Shown here: positions 1 through 8,837 of the stretch, one piece after another
How the letters are laid out: every line of letters starts with the position of its first letter
How positions within the stretch are numbered: the stretch's first letter is position 1
Origin: Treponemataceae bacterium
GTDB taxonomy: Bacteria > Spirochaetota > Spirochaetia > Treponematales > Rectinemataceae
Reading direction: 5' to 3'
NCBI GenBank assembly: GCA_963667725.2
Contig: CAXXHO010000003.1
Location: 384,001-448,000 of the forward strand
DNA length: 64,000 bases
Notes under the pieces: generated by a model
Seen by the model: the letters and a program-made list of their open reading frames with translations, nothing else
What the model was told of the DNA's origin: nothing
Databases searched by the model: none
Made by a program: the position numbers and the translations under genes

Positions 1-255
1 GTGGATTACTGCAAAAAAAATAAGATATTAGTGGTCGCAGTCCATGTGGAAGGAAAGTCTCGGCGCGGTAAACCGGGTAGTGATAATGAACTGATCATCG
101 ATGCTATCGTTCCCAGGGCTGACTACATTATCGTGACTACCGATGGTAATTTCGACGGTCGTTTCAATGAAATCGCCAAGAAAAGCGGTGCTCCGCTATC
201 CATTATAAAAAAATCTACCGAGCTGACCACCATTCTGCAAACGATGTTTATGTAG
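1..255 (+). CDS. C-terminal part of a conserved hypothetical protein (DUF6305-like), truncated by the window edge
   Basis: Motifs VHVEGKSRRG and DGNFDGRF recalled from DUF6305-like proteins found beside such permeases; stop at 255. Confidence 0.5.
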   Translation: MDYCKKNKILVVAVHVEGKSRRGKPGSDNELIIDAIVPRADYIIVTTDGNFDGRFNEIAKKSGAPLSIIKKSTELTTILQTMFM

Positions 256-328
256 GGAGGTGAACTCCCGCATTCTGATCACCTCGTTCCCGATCATCGA
301 TCGGATTTAGGGGAAAGGAGTATCTAGC

Positions 329-1612
329 GTGTTCCTCCATGTTGCTCTTTTGCTTCTGGCGATGGTGGTAGCTTTCGCCTTTGCCAAGCTGTTGAAACTA
401 TCCATTGAACTCTGCATTCTGGTCACAGCCCTCGTTGGTGCGTTGTTGGGCGGAGCAGGGATTCCCTTCAGACACATCGCGGAAGGCGCGACCGCCTATC
501 TCGACCTCTGCCTCATCTTCATAACTGCGACGGTTTTCATGAATATCGTCAAGGAAAGTGGGGGAATCGACTACCTAGTGAAGAAGGTCCTAAAGCGCTT
601 TTTCCGGCAGCGAGTCATACTTTTGATCATTCTCATGTTCCTCATGCTAATTCCGGGCGCACTCACCGGAGCGGGCTCTGTGTCGGTTCTCGTTGTCGGT
701 GGCACGGTCGCTCTCGTATTGAAGAGTCTTGGAATCAAGGAGGAACGGGTAGCTGCGATGGTCTTTCTTCTCGCGGGCCTGAGCGCCGTGGCTCCTCCCG
801 TCAACATCTGGGCGATGATCACCACGGCGGGAACGGCCATCCCCTATGTCGGCTTTGAATTACCTCTCGGGATACCCGTCCTCGTGCTCGGACTTTTTGT
901 GACCTTCTGGTTTGGCCTTCGCGGCAAGCCCGAAGATCTCGACGTTATTCTTCTGCGCATCCCCGAGCCCCCCGCCAAGATGAACGGCTGGCGTGTCGGA
1001 CTTCCTTTTCTCGTCGTGCTCCTCTTTATAGTCGTCCCGCGTATCTGGCCTTTCGCTCTCCCGACATTCGGACTTCCGATGGTCTTTACCATTGCGGCCC
1101 TTCTAACATGGGCGCTCAGTCCTCGTAAGATCAATGTGATTAAGGTCTCCACTGATACCTTCGAGCAGTTGCTGCCCCTCATCGGGACGGTCATCGTCGT
1201 AGGCATTCTCCTTCAAATCATGACTCTGAATGGTGTGCGCGGCCTCATTTCCCTGTCGATCATTTCCTTCTCGCCTCTCGTTATTTTTCTTCTTCTTCCC
1301 CTTGCATTGCCGTTTTCCGAGGGAATACTCGCGGTGGGAGGCGCTGCGGTGATCGGGATCCCTCTCACATGGACGCTCAACTCGATAGGTCTCCATCCCA
1401 CGGTGGCCATCGCAGGGATGAGTCTTCTCTGGATGCTCGGAGGAGCGTTGCCGCCAACTGCCCTCATCGGGAGGCTTTCCGTGCAGACCGCTGGATATAC
1501 CGGCTCCTACTGGAAATTCTTGCGCAGCTGCTGGCTGCCCTGGGGCCTGATATCCGTGACTGGAACACTTATGGTCGTTTTCAGCAAGCAATTGAGTTTC
1601 CTGGTCCGTTAG
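329..1612 (+). CDS. DctM-like/IT-superfamily permease (TRAP large-subunit-like)
   Basis: 427 aa, about 11-12 hydrophobic segments, ALTGAGSVSV and APPVN motifs, AAGGAG RBS before GTG. Confidence 0.75.
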   Translation: MFLHVALLLLAMVVAFAFAKLLKLSIELCILVTALVGALLGGAGIPFRHIAEGATAYLDLCLIFITATVFMNIVKESGGIDYLVKKVLKRFFRQRVILLIILMFLMLIPGALTGAGSVSVLVVGGTVALVLKSLGIKEERVAAMVFLLAGLSAVAPPVNIWAMITTAGTAIPYVGFELPLGIPVLVLGLFVTFWFGLRGKPEDLDVILLRIPEPPAKMNGWRVGLPFLVVLLFIVVPRIWPFALPTFGLPMVFTIAALLTWALSPRKINVIKVSTDTFEQLLPLIGTVIVVGILLQIMTLNGVRGLISLSIISFSPLVIFLLLPLALPFSEGILAVGGAAVIGIPLTWTLNSIGLHPTVAIAGMSLLWMLGGALPPTALIGRLSVQTAGYTGSYWKFLRSCWLPWGLISVTGTLMVVFSKQLSFLVR

Positions 1613-1646
1613 TGGCACAGGATACGAAGCAATCGAGAGGTGAGCT

Positions 1647-1802
1647 GTGGCATTTGTAATTACAACCGTCTATTACGCATTATGCGTTTACGCGATCGCC
1701 TTTCTGGCTATCAATTTCGTCAAAACCAAAGATTGGCAGAAGGCGACGCTCCAATTGATCGTAATTCTGCCCTTTCTTCTGCGCGTCCTACGTCTGAAAT
1801 AG
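1647..1802 (+). CDS. Small 51-aa two-helix membrane protein (absent from the ORF track)
   Basis: GAGGTG RBS, then GTG1647; translates as MAFVITTVYYALCVYAIAFLAINFVKTKDWQKATLQLIVILPFLLRVLRLK; TAG at 1800-1802 abuts the next RBS; fills the intra-operon gap. Confidence 0.75.
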   Translation: MAFVITTVYYALCVYAIAFLAINFVKTKDWQKATLQLIVILPFLLRVLRLK

Positions 1803-1817
1803 GGAGGTGCGATTAAA

Positions 1818-2975
1818 ATGACGCGCCTAAAAATAGGTAAAATTGTTCTACTCTGTCTCTTTGTGCTCTGTTTCGTCGTCGCCGGCGTCGAGATGCGGAC
1901 ACTGAGGAATTACAGAGAAACTCTCGTCAAAGGCCCCGGCGTAACCGGCTCGGGCCGTTTGAGCGACTACCTTCCTGAGCTCAAGGGAACCTGGGCTGAT
2001 ACTAATGTCTACTATTTCGATAGCGGCAAGCCCGGCGCTACGGCCCTCCTCCTCGGCGGGACCCACCCCAACGAACCTTCCGGCATCATCGCTGCGTTCC
2101 TTATGGTGGAGAACGCCAAAGTGGAGACGGGGCGGCTCATCGTCATCCCTCACTATAATAGAAGTGGCTCCACGGCCACTCAACCTCTGGGCGCCTATCC
2201 TCAATTCATCTCCATCAAGACCGGCTGGGGCAAACAGACCTTCCGTATGGGGGATCGACTTATCAATCCCCTCGACCAGTGGCCTGATCCCGAGGTCTAT
2301 ATCCACTACCCGAGCAAGCAGATGCTCTCCAATGTCGACATGCGCAACGTAAACCGCACCTGGCCAGGACGGGCCGATGGTGCGCTCGGGGAGCAAATCG
2401 GCTTCGCCGCGATGGAACTCATTCGTAATGAGAAAGTTGACTGGGTCGTTGATTTCCATGGCGCTGAACTCCTCTATCCTGTTACGAACTGCATCGTTGT
2501 GCCCTCGCAATCGACGGTGATCGCGCAACTTGCGGCAATAAATCTTACGGCAACTGATTTCGAAGTTCATGTAGAGCCTTCGCCAACGAATTTCCGCGGC
2601 GTATCGCACCGCGAAATCGGGGACCATTCTCCGGCGCTTCCTTTCCTCCTCGAATCCCCCGATCCCTTCCTTGACCAGCCTACAGGCCCCAAAACCGAAG
2701 CCCTTGAGCTCGATGGCAAGGACGAATTTCTTCTGGCAGCTTCAAAACGCGGTCTTCTTTTCACTGACTACGACGAGAATGGAAAATCTATGGAACAGAG
2801 GGCGGGCCGCCATATCACCATCGTGAAACAACTTGCTGAGGAATGGAATAATATGTTCCCCGACAAGCCTATTGATTTCTCTTCGCCGGGGTACACCGAG
2901 TTCGAAGCAGAAGGTTTGGGAGCTTATTTTACAGACCCGTCCTCCGTGGAGGAAAATAGGCTCTCTCTGGAATGA
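1818..2975 (+). CDS. Succinylglutamate desuccinylase/aspartoacylase family (M14-type Zn deacylase) with N-terminal membrane anchor/signal
   Basis: GGTHPNE (HxxE), NVNRTWPG and DFHG Zn/substrate motifs; hydrophobic N-terminus; GGAGGT RBS. Confidence 0.8.
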   Translation: MTRLKIGKIVLLCLFVLCFVVAGVEMRTLRNYRETLVKGPGVTGSGRLSDYLPELKGTWADTNVYYFDSGKPGATALLLGGTHPNEPSGIIAAFLMVENAKVETGRLIVIPHYNRSGSTATQPLGAYPQFISIKTGWGKQTFRMGDRLINPLDQWPDPEVYIHYPSKQMLSNVDMRNVNRTWPGRADGALGEQIGFAAMELIRNEKVDWVVDFHGAELLYPVTNCIVVPSQSTVIAQLAAINLTATDFEVHVEPSPTNFRGVSHREIGDHSPALPFLLESPDPFLDQPTGPKTEALELDGKDEFLLAASKRGLLFTDYDENGKSMEQRAGRHITIVKQLAEEWNNMFPDKPIDFSSPGYTEFEAEGLGAYFTDPSSVEENRLSLE

Positions 2976-3047
2976 GCGCATCAAGGCCGGCCAGGTACAC
3001 GTGATCGCGTCCCCGCCAGGCTATGCAATATCAGGAGGTAAGGAGAA

Positions 3048-4676
3048 ATGATGACAACGTTCAGAATGAAAGGCATTGGCAGAAGGGCCTGGGTGTGTGG
3101 GGTTCTCTTCCTTGCAATGGCATTCGCTGGCTATGGCAATGCCTTCGCCTGTACTTCGGTCACGGTTGGCTCTCTTGCCTCCGTCGATGGTTCCGTTATG
3201 ACTTCCCACACCGCAGATGGCGGGTTCTGCGATTTCCGTATTACCCGAAAGCCTGCCGCTGACCACAAGCCCGGCGAGATGCGACAGGTTTACCTGAACT
3301 CAACCCTGCGCGCTCCCGAGGACGTTCGCTTCGAGCCTCTCATCCTCAAGGGCGAGATCCCCGAAGTCGCACACACTTACGCTTATGTCAGTGGTGTTTA
3401 CGGCCTCCAGAACGAGCACCAGCTCTCGATAGGCGAGACGACCATAAGCGGTCGCCGCGAACTCCAGGACCCCGAGAGTATGTTCGACATCGTCGAGCTG
3501 TCCCACCTCGCAATGGAGAGGTGCACTACTGCCCGTGAAGCGGTACGGCTCATGGGTGAACTCGCCGAAATGTATGGCTATTGTGACTATGGCGAATGCC
3601 TTACTGTGGCCGACAGCAGAGAAGTCTGGCAGTTCGAGATATTCGGCGCCACTCCAACCGTAAAGTCCGCCACCTGGGCTGCCCAGCGCGTTCCGGACGA
3701 CCAAATTTGCGTAAGCGCCAATCGCGCCCGTATCGGCGAGATCGACCTTAAGAACAAAGACTATTTTATGGCTTCGAAAAATGTGTTCAGCCTAGCCGAG
3801 GAAAAGGGCTGGTACAATCCCAAGTCCGGAGCCCCCTTCCTGTATTATGCTGCATACTGCCCGACTACCGGCTACTATAACGCACGCCGTGAGTGGCGCG
3901 TGTTCAGTCTCCTCGCTCCTTCGCTCAATCTCGATGCATGGGCCGATCGCTACCCCTTCTCCGTAAAGCCAGACAAAAAGGTCTCGGTCGAGTCCATAAC
4001 CTCCGTACTCCGGGATCACTACGAGGGAACGCCCTTCGACCTCACCAAAGGCACAGCCGCCGGTCCTTTCGGCACTCCTAACCGCTATGCTACTCAGCGT
4101 AGTTTCTCTGGAACTTGGGAACGGGCTCTTTCCATCTTCCGCTGTGAGTATAGTTTTGTGTCGCAGTCCCGTTCATGGCTTCCCGACGCTGTCGGAGGCG
4201 TGCTCTGGTTCGGCTGGGATGCGCCGCACAGCACCGTCTACATGCCCCTCTACTGCGGTGCTACTGCGCTTCCCGCAAGTTTCAGCATCGGCAATCGGGG
4301 CGAGTTCAACCGCAAATCGGCCAACTGGGCCTTCGCGTTCGTCTCCAACTGGGCCGATCTCCGCTATAATGCGATGATTGTCGACATCCAGGCTAAGTAC
4401 AAGGCGATCGAATCCGCCGAGTACGTGATGCAGCCTGCGATAGAGAAGACCGCCGCCGAGCTCTATGCGAAGGATAAAGACCTTGGAGCCCAGTACCTTA
4501 CCAAGTATATGATCGACAACGCCAATTCCATTGTTGACCAGTGGTGGACCTTCGGCGACTTCCTCGTCGGCAAGTACCACGACGGCTACGACAACAATCC
4601 GAAGATTGGTATGACCATAGGATATCCCGAAGGATGGCTCAAAACCGTCGGGTACGGTCCGATCCAGAAGCCTTGA
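3048..4676 (+). CDS. C69 family dipeptidase (Ntn hydrolase), exported
   Basis: Signal peptide ending AFA, followed by CTSVTVGSLASVDGS (N-terminal Cys nucleophile); NEHQLSIGETT motif. Confidence 0.85.
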   Translation: MMTTFRMKGIGRRAWVCGVLFLAMAFAGYGNAFACTSVTVGSLASVDGSVMTSHTADGGFCDFRITRKPAADHKPGEMRQVYLNSTLRAPEDVRFEPLILKGEIPEVAHTYAYVSGVYGLQNEHQLSIGETTISGRRELQDPESMFDIVELSHLAMERCTTAREAVRLMGELAEMYGYCDYGECLTVADSREVWQFEIFGATPTVKSATWAAQRVPDDQICVSANRARIGEIDLKNKDYFMASKNVFSLAEEKGWYNPKSGAPFLYYAAYCPTTGYYNARREWRVFSLLAPSLNLDAWADRYPFSVKPDKKVSVESITSVLRDHYEGTPFDLTKGTAAGPFGTPNRYATQRSFSGTWERALSIFRCEYSFVSQSRSWLPDAVGGVLWFGWDAPHSTVYMPLYCGATALPASFSIGNRGEFNRKSANWAFAFVSNWADLRYNAMIVDIQAKYKAIESAEYVMQPAIEKTAAELYAKDKDLGAQYLTKYMIDNANSIVDQWWTFGDFLVGKYHDGYDNNPKIGMTIGYPEGWLKTVGYGPIQKP

Positions 4677-4696
4677 TTAACGTTTAAAGTACGCTC

Positions 4697-4729
4697 GTGA
4701 GGTTGCCTGGGTAAAACAGGCAGCCTCAC
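4697..4729 (+). terminator. Intergenic stem-loop between the two C69 genes (partial terminator or mRNA stabiliser)
   Basis: GTGAGGTTGCCTG-7 nt-CAGGCAGCCTCAC, 13-bp stem with one G:U pair, no U tract. Confidence 0.5.
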
Positions 4730-4770
4730 AATGAAGCCTATCGCTTATAAGAGCGAAAAGGGAGATTTTT

Positions 4771-6417
4771 GTGAGAACCAAGAAGATTTTCTTCATCGTG
4801 CTCACGGCGCTTATCGCTGTCTCTATGCTCGGCGCTCAGACAGAACCGCCGGAAGCCGGCGAATGCACATCTATTCTTGTAGGAAAACTAGCCTCGGTCG
4901 ATGGTTCTGTCATGACCACCCATACATGCGATGGATGGGATGATTCGCGAGTGACTGTCGTTCCTCACGGAACGCATAAAGCTGGCGAAATGGTTCAGAT
5001 CTGGAAAACATGGAAGGACCAGGGCTACGGAGCCCCGGCGGAGGTTCGAGGCGAGATTCCCCAGGTGAGTGAGACCAATTCCTACATCCAGTCAGCTTAC
5101 CCCTTCATGAACGAGTACCAGGTAAGCATAGGTGAAAGTACCTTCAGTGGCCGTCGCGAACTGGTTAACGCCGATGAAGGTTTGTTCTATCTTGAGCCTC
5201 TAATGGCCATCGCTCTCCAACGCGGTAAGACCGCGCGCGAAGTTGTACAGATCATGGGAAACCTTGCCGAGAAATACGGCTACGCCGATGGAGGCGAGTG
5301 CCTCACCGTGGCCGATCCCAATGAAGGCTGGGTCTTCGAAATTGTGGGTCCTGGCCCTCTTTGGACGGCCGATTCCGGGACTCCGGGCGCCGTATGGGTA
5401 GCCCAACGCATTGCCGACGATCGCATATTCGTATCGGCGAATCGCTCTCGTATCGGTGAGATCGATCTTTCCAAGCCTGACTGGTTCATGGCCAGTTCTA
5501 ACATTTTCGAAACCGCCAAGACCTACTCGTTCTGGGATGGTAAGAAAGTCTTCAGGTTCAACGATGTCTATGCGCCCAAGGATACCTTCTATAATAGTAG
5601 GCGCGAGTGGCGAGTTTTCAGTATCCTGGCTCCTTCCAGAAATTTCGACGCCTGGGTGAAACGCTATCCGTTTTCTGTGAAGCCTGATAAAAAAGTCTCC
5701 GTTCGCGATATCATCGCGATTACTCGCGATCATTACGAAGGTACGGAATTCGACCTCACCAAAGGACTCGACGCGGGACCTTTCGGATCGCCTGGCCGCT
5801 GGGCTTCGAAAAACCCCACTGGCACCACTGGATGGGAACGCTCTATCTCAATTTACCGCTGCGCCTATACTTTCGTTTCACAGAGCAGGTCCTGGCTTCC
5901 TGATGCTATCGGCGGTTGCGCCTGGTTTGGCGAGGGAGCTCCCCATTCCACCGTCTATATGCCTATCTATGCTGGCATTACCGAGGTTCCGAAATCCCTC
6001 AGCACCCATGAGCGTTTCGAATATAGCCGTTCATCGGCCAGGTGGGCATTTGACTTCGTGGAGAATTGGTCTCAGCTCTCATATTCGTACATGATCAAAG
6101 ATATTCAGGCGAAGCAAGCCAAGTATGAGAACGAGTTCTTCGATATGCAGTCCGCCATTGAAGGCGCGGCTCTCGCAATGTACAACAACAAGAGTCCTGA
6201 ACTAGCGAAGAACTTCCTTACCAGCTATTCCAGCGATGCGATTAGCCGCGCCGTAAATGGTTGGTGGGTTTTTGCGGATGAGTTGGTCGCAAAATATAAC
6301 CAGGGCGGGATTTTCTTGAAGTCCAAAGGTTATCCCGAGGAATGGTTGAAAGCCGTCAAGTTTGGCGAATCCAGCAACATAAAGCTGTACAAGGACATAG
6401 TGTATCCCGACGACTGA
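4771..6417 (+). CDS. C69 family dipeptidase paralog, exported
   Basis: Signal peptide, then ECTSILVGKLASVDGS; NEYQVSIGEST motif; colinear with 3048..4676. Confidence 0.85.
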   Translation: MRTKKIFFIVLTALIAVSMLGAQTEPPEAGECTSILVGKLASVDGSVMTTHTCDGWDDSRVTVVPHGTHKAGEMVQIWKTWKDQGYGAPAEVRGEIPQVSETNSYIQSAYPFMNEYQVSIGESTFSGRRELVNADEGLFYLEPLMAIALQRGKTAREVVQIMGNLAEKYGYADGGECLTVADPNEGWVFEIVGPGPLWTADSGTPGAVWVAQRIADDRIFVSANRSRIGEIDLSKPDWFMASSNIFETAKTYSFWDGKKVFRFNDVYAPKDTFYNSRREWRVFSILAPSRNFDAWVKRYPFSVKPDKKVSVRDIIAITRDHYEGTEFDLTKGLDAGPFGSPGRWASKNPTGTTGWERSISIYRCAYTFVSQSRSWLPDAIGGCAWFGEGAPHSTVYMPIYAGITEVPKSLSTHERFEYSRSSARWAFDFVENWSQLSYSYMIKDIQAKQAKYENEFFDMQSAIEGAALAMYNNKSPELAKNFLTSYSSDAISRAVNGWWVFADELVAKYNQGGIFLKSKGYPEEWLKAVKFGESSNIKLYKDIVYPDD

Positions 6418-6426
6418 TGCGGATCG

Positions 6427-6467
6427 AAACGGGGCTGTCCTATTTGTTGGGCAACCCCGTTTTTTTT
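6427..6467 (+). terminator. Rho-independent terminator
   Basis: AAACGGGGCTGTCC...GGGCAACCCCGTTTTTTTT hairpin plus T tract just after the stop codon. Confidence 0.8.
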
Positions 6468-6737
6468 ATGTTTTCTAGCTTTATACTCTACAGGCTTAAC
6501 CTCTATTAGTTTATTTACCCGCAGCTTGCTGCGTCGGGTATAATATAAGAGTGAGTGAGTATATACATAATAGTTATAATGTGTCTGTATGAGTTAACCA
6601 TATTTTGACAGTAGGTGAATTTCGTTCACTAGATATCATATGCGCATGTAACCTTTTAATAATCTATAAGATAGAGACTCTACAATCCTGCTCTATAATT
6701 AAAGAAATTTCCCAATAATTTGTGGAATTTAGCATTT

Positions 6738-7457
6738 CTATTTAATAATGTAAAACTTAAATTTGTCACCAACCACATACTGTAAAGAACGATGTGCTGG
6801 TATTCCATCATTATCACAGGAAAGACTGTAAACATATAACAAAGGGTAACAATCAGGGAGCGAAAGGTATTTAGCCATTTCGTAGCTTGAGTAGACTAAT
6901 TCAATGACTTTTGTGCAACAGGTGAAAGAAATATTATACTTTTCTACTAGCAAGCTGATTAAAGAGACATCATTCAAATTTTCATTGAGTAAGAAAGCGT
7001 AACTCTCTGGAAAGCGTGATATTTCTATTGCGACAGGAATATTGTCGGCATAGCGGATGCGCTCAATTACTATCACTTTTGACTTTTCAGGCAATTTAAG
7101 TTCCGCAATATCCGCTTCATTAGCATCTTCGATTAGCGATTTTATAACTTTGGCACCTGGTATCTGTCCATTTTCCATGCATATCTGTGTGAAGCTAGAA
7201 CCGCGAGAAATGTCTCTTTGAAACTTCTCTCGTGCTATAAAGGTACCTATTCCGCGTTTTCTTGTGAGCAGATGTTCTTTGGCCAACTCATCAAGTGCAT
7301 TACGAACTGTTATCCGGCTTACCTCGTATATTTTACATAGTTCTTTTTCTGTAGGTATTTTTTCGCCTTTCTTATACCTTCCATTTTCAATATCGAAGCG
7401 AAGCTGATTAGCGACTTGTGCGTATAGGGGAATACTATTGTCAGCACTTCGTTCCAT
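6738..7457 (-). CDS. GntR family (HutC/UTRA subfamily) transcriptional regulator
   Basis: IPLYAQV...IPTEKEL...VSRITVRNAL...RGIGTF wHTH plus C-terminal UTRA-like domain; divergent from the catabolic operon. Confidence 0.9.
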   Translation of the reverse strand: MERSADNSIPLYAQVANQLRFDIENGRYKKGEKIPTEKELCKIYEVSRITVRNALDELAKEHLLTRKRGIGTFIAREKFQRDISRGSSFTQICMENGQIPGAKVIKSLIEDANEADIAELKLPEKSKVIVIERIRYADNIPVAIEISRFPESYAFLLNENLNDVSLISLLVEKYNISFTCCTKVIELVYSSYEMAKYLSLPDCYPLLYVYSLSCDNDGIPAHRSLQYVVGDKFKFYIIK

Positions 7458-7782
7458 TTTCCCACCCGTCCTTTATTCTGTAATACAATCTTGTAATAAC
7501 ATAGCATGTGTTGAAAATCAACGGTAGCTATTACAAAAATTTATAAAACTTGTGGCAAATTATCAATTCTATACCCATATCAGAATAGGCGATAGAACCT
7601 TTTTATACAATCCTTTAGTTTATCGTTTACTATTTAATTTCTATTATAATATATAATAAACGCTTATAAATGCTTTCTTCATCACAAAAAAAGCACCTTT
7701 AGTTGGAGCTTTCTTGAAAATTGAGCAGGCTTATACTTTTCTTGTTAACCGTCTAGCTGTGAAATATTTTTACTATTTTATC

Positions 7783-7811
7783 TTGACAGGTAAAATAAAC
7801 AGTGGTGTAAT
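7783..7811 (+). promoter_or_regulatory. Sigma70-type promoter of the island catabolic operon
   Basis: TTGACA (7783-7788), 17 nt, TGTAAT (7806-7811). Confidence 0.6.
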
Positions 7812-7994
7812 AAATAACAATATATGACAAAGATGTATTCATATTGTATTAAGGCTAGTTCGTAAAGTTATAACATTGTTTATGTTTCTTTACTAAAGGT
7901 TAGTATAGAGCTGCTACGATATTGATGGAGTAATGGATTCAATGCTGAAGCTAAAAACCGGTGGGAATAAGGCTCAGCTTTTAGGGAGTATAAT

Positions 7995-8807
7995 ATGTGG
8001 ACTGAAAGTGTATTTGGAGTAAACAAGCCTATAATCGCTTTGCTTCATCTTCGTGCAATGCCTGGGGACCCTAAGTTTGATAAAAATGGAGGCATGTCTG
8101 CGGTTGTCTCGGCTGCGAAGCGCGAACTCGATGCCCTTCAAGATAGCGGTGTAGATGGTATCCTATTCGCCAATGAATTCAGTTTACCCTATCAGCATAA
8201 AGTAGCTCATGTAACAACGGCTGCAATGGCAAGGATTATAGGTGAATTACTTAAGGATATTAAAGTGCCTTATGGCGTAAACGTTATTTTAAATCCGATG
8301 GCCGCAATAGACTTGGCTGCAGCAACAGGAGCGAGCTTTATTCGAAGCACCTTCACTGGAGCCTACATAGGGGAAAGCGGAATAACCAACACTGATGTTG
8401 CTTCCTATGTTCGAAGAAAGATGGAATTAGGTTTGGATGATCTTAAGTTGCTTTATAAAGTAAACCCTGAGTCAGATGTATATATAACCGAGCGAAATAT
8501 TACGAAAATTACAAAGTCCATAATATTCCATTGCGATCCTGATGGTCTTTGCGTCTCTGGTGATAGTGCGGGTCTGGAAACCAATTCGAAAAGCATAACA
8601 ATAGTAAAATCGGCAGCTGGAAATATTCCTGTTTTTTGTAGCACTGGATGCACTTCTCACAATATCGTTGATAAGTTGGAATGTTCTGATGGTGCATTCG
8701 TAGGTACTTCATTGAAGGAGAATGGCAAGTTTGACAATTTCGTTGATGCTCAGCGCGTTTCGGAATTCATGGGAATCGTAAAGAAATATAGAAAAGAACA
8801 TAGCTAA
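7995..8807 (+). CDS. BtpA/SgcQ family TIM-barrel protein
   Basis: IIALLHLRAMPGDP, GILFANEFSLPY, PYGVNV, DGAFVGT motifs. Confidence 0.88.
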   Translation: MWTESVFGVNKPIIALLHLRAMPGDPKFDKNGGMSAVVSAAKRELDALQDSGVDGILFANEFSLPYQHKVAHVTTAAMARIIGELLKDIKVPYGVNVILNPMAAIDLAAATGASFIRSTFTGAYIGESGITNTDVASYVRRKMELGLDDLKLLYKVNPESDVYITERNITKITKSIIFHCDPDGLCVSGDSAGLETNSKSITIVKSAAGNIPVFCSTGCTSHNIVDKLECSDGAFVGTSLKENGKFDNFVDAQRVSEFMGIVKKYRKEHS

Positions 8808-8837
8808 AATTTTTCCACTAAAAGGACTTGAACACAT

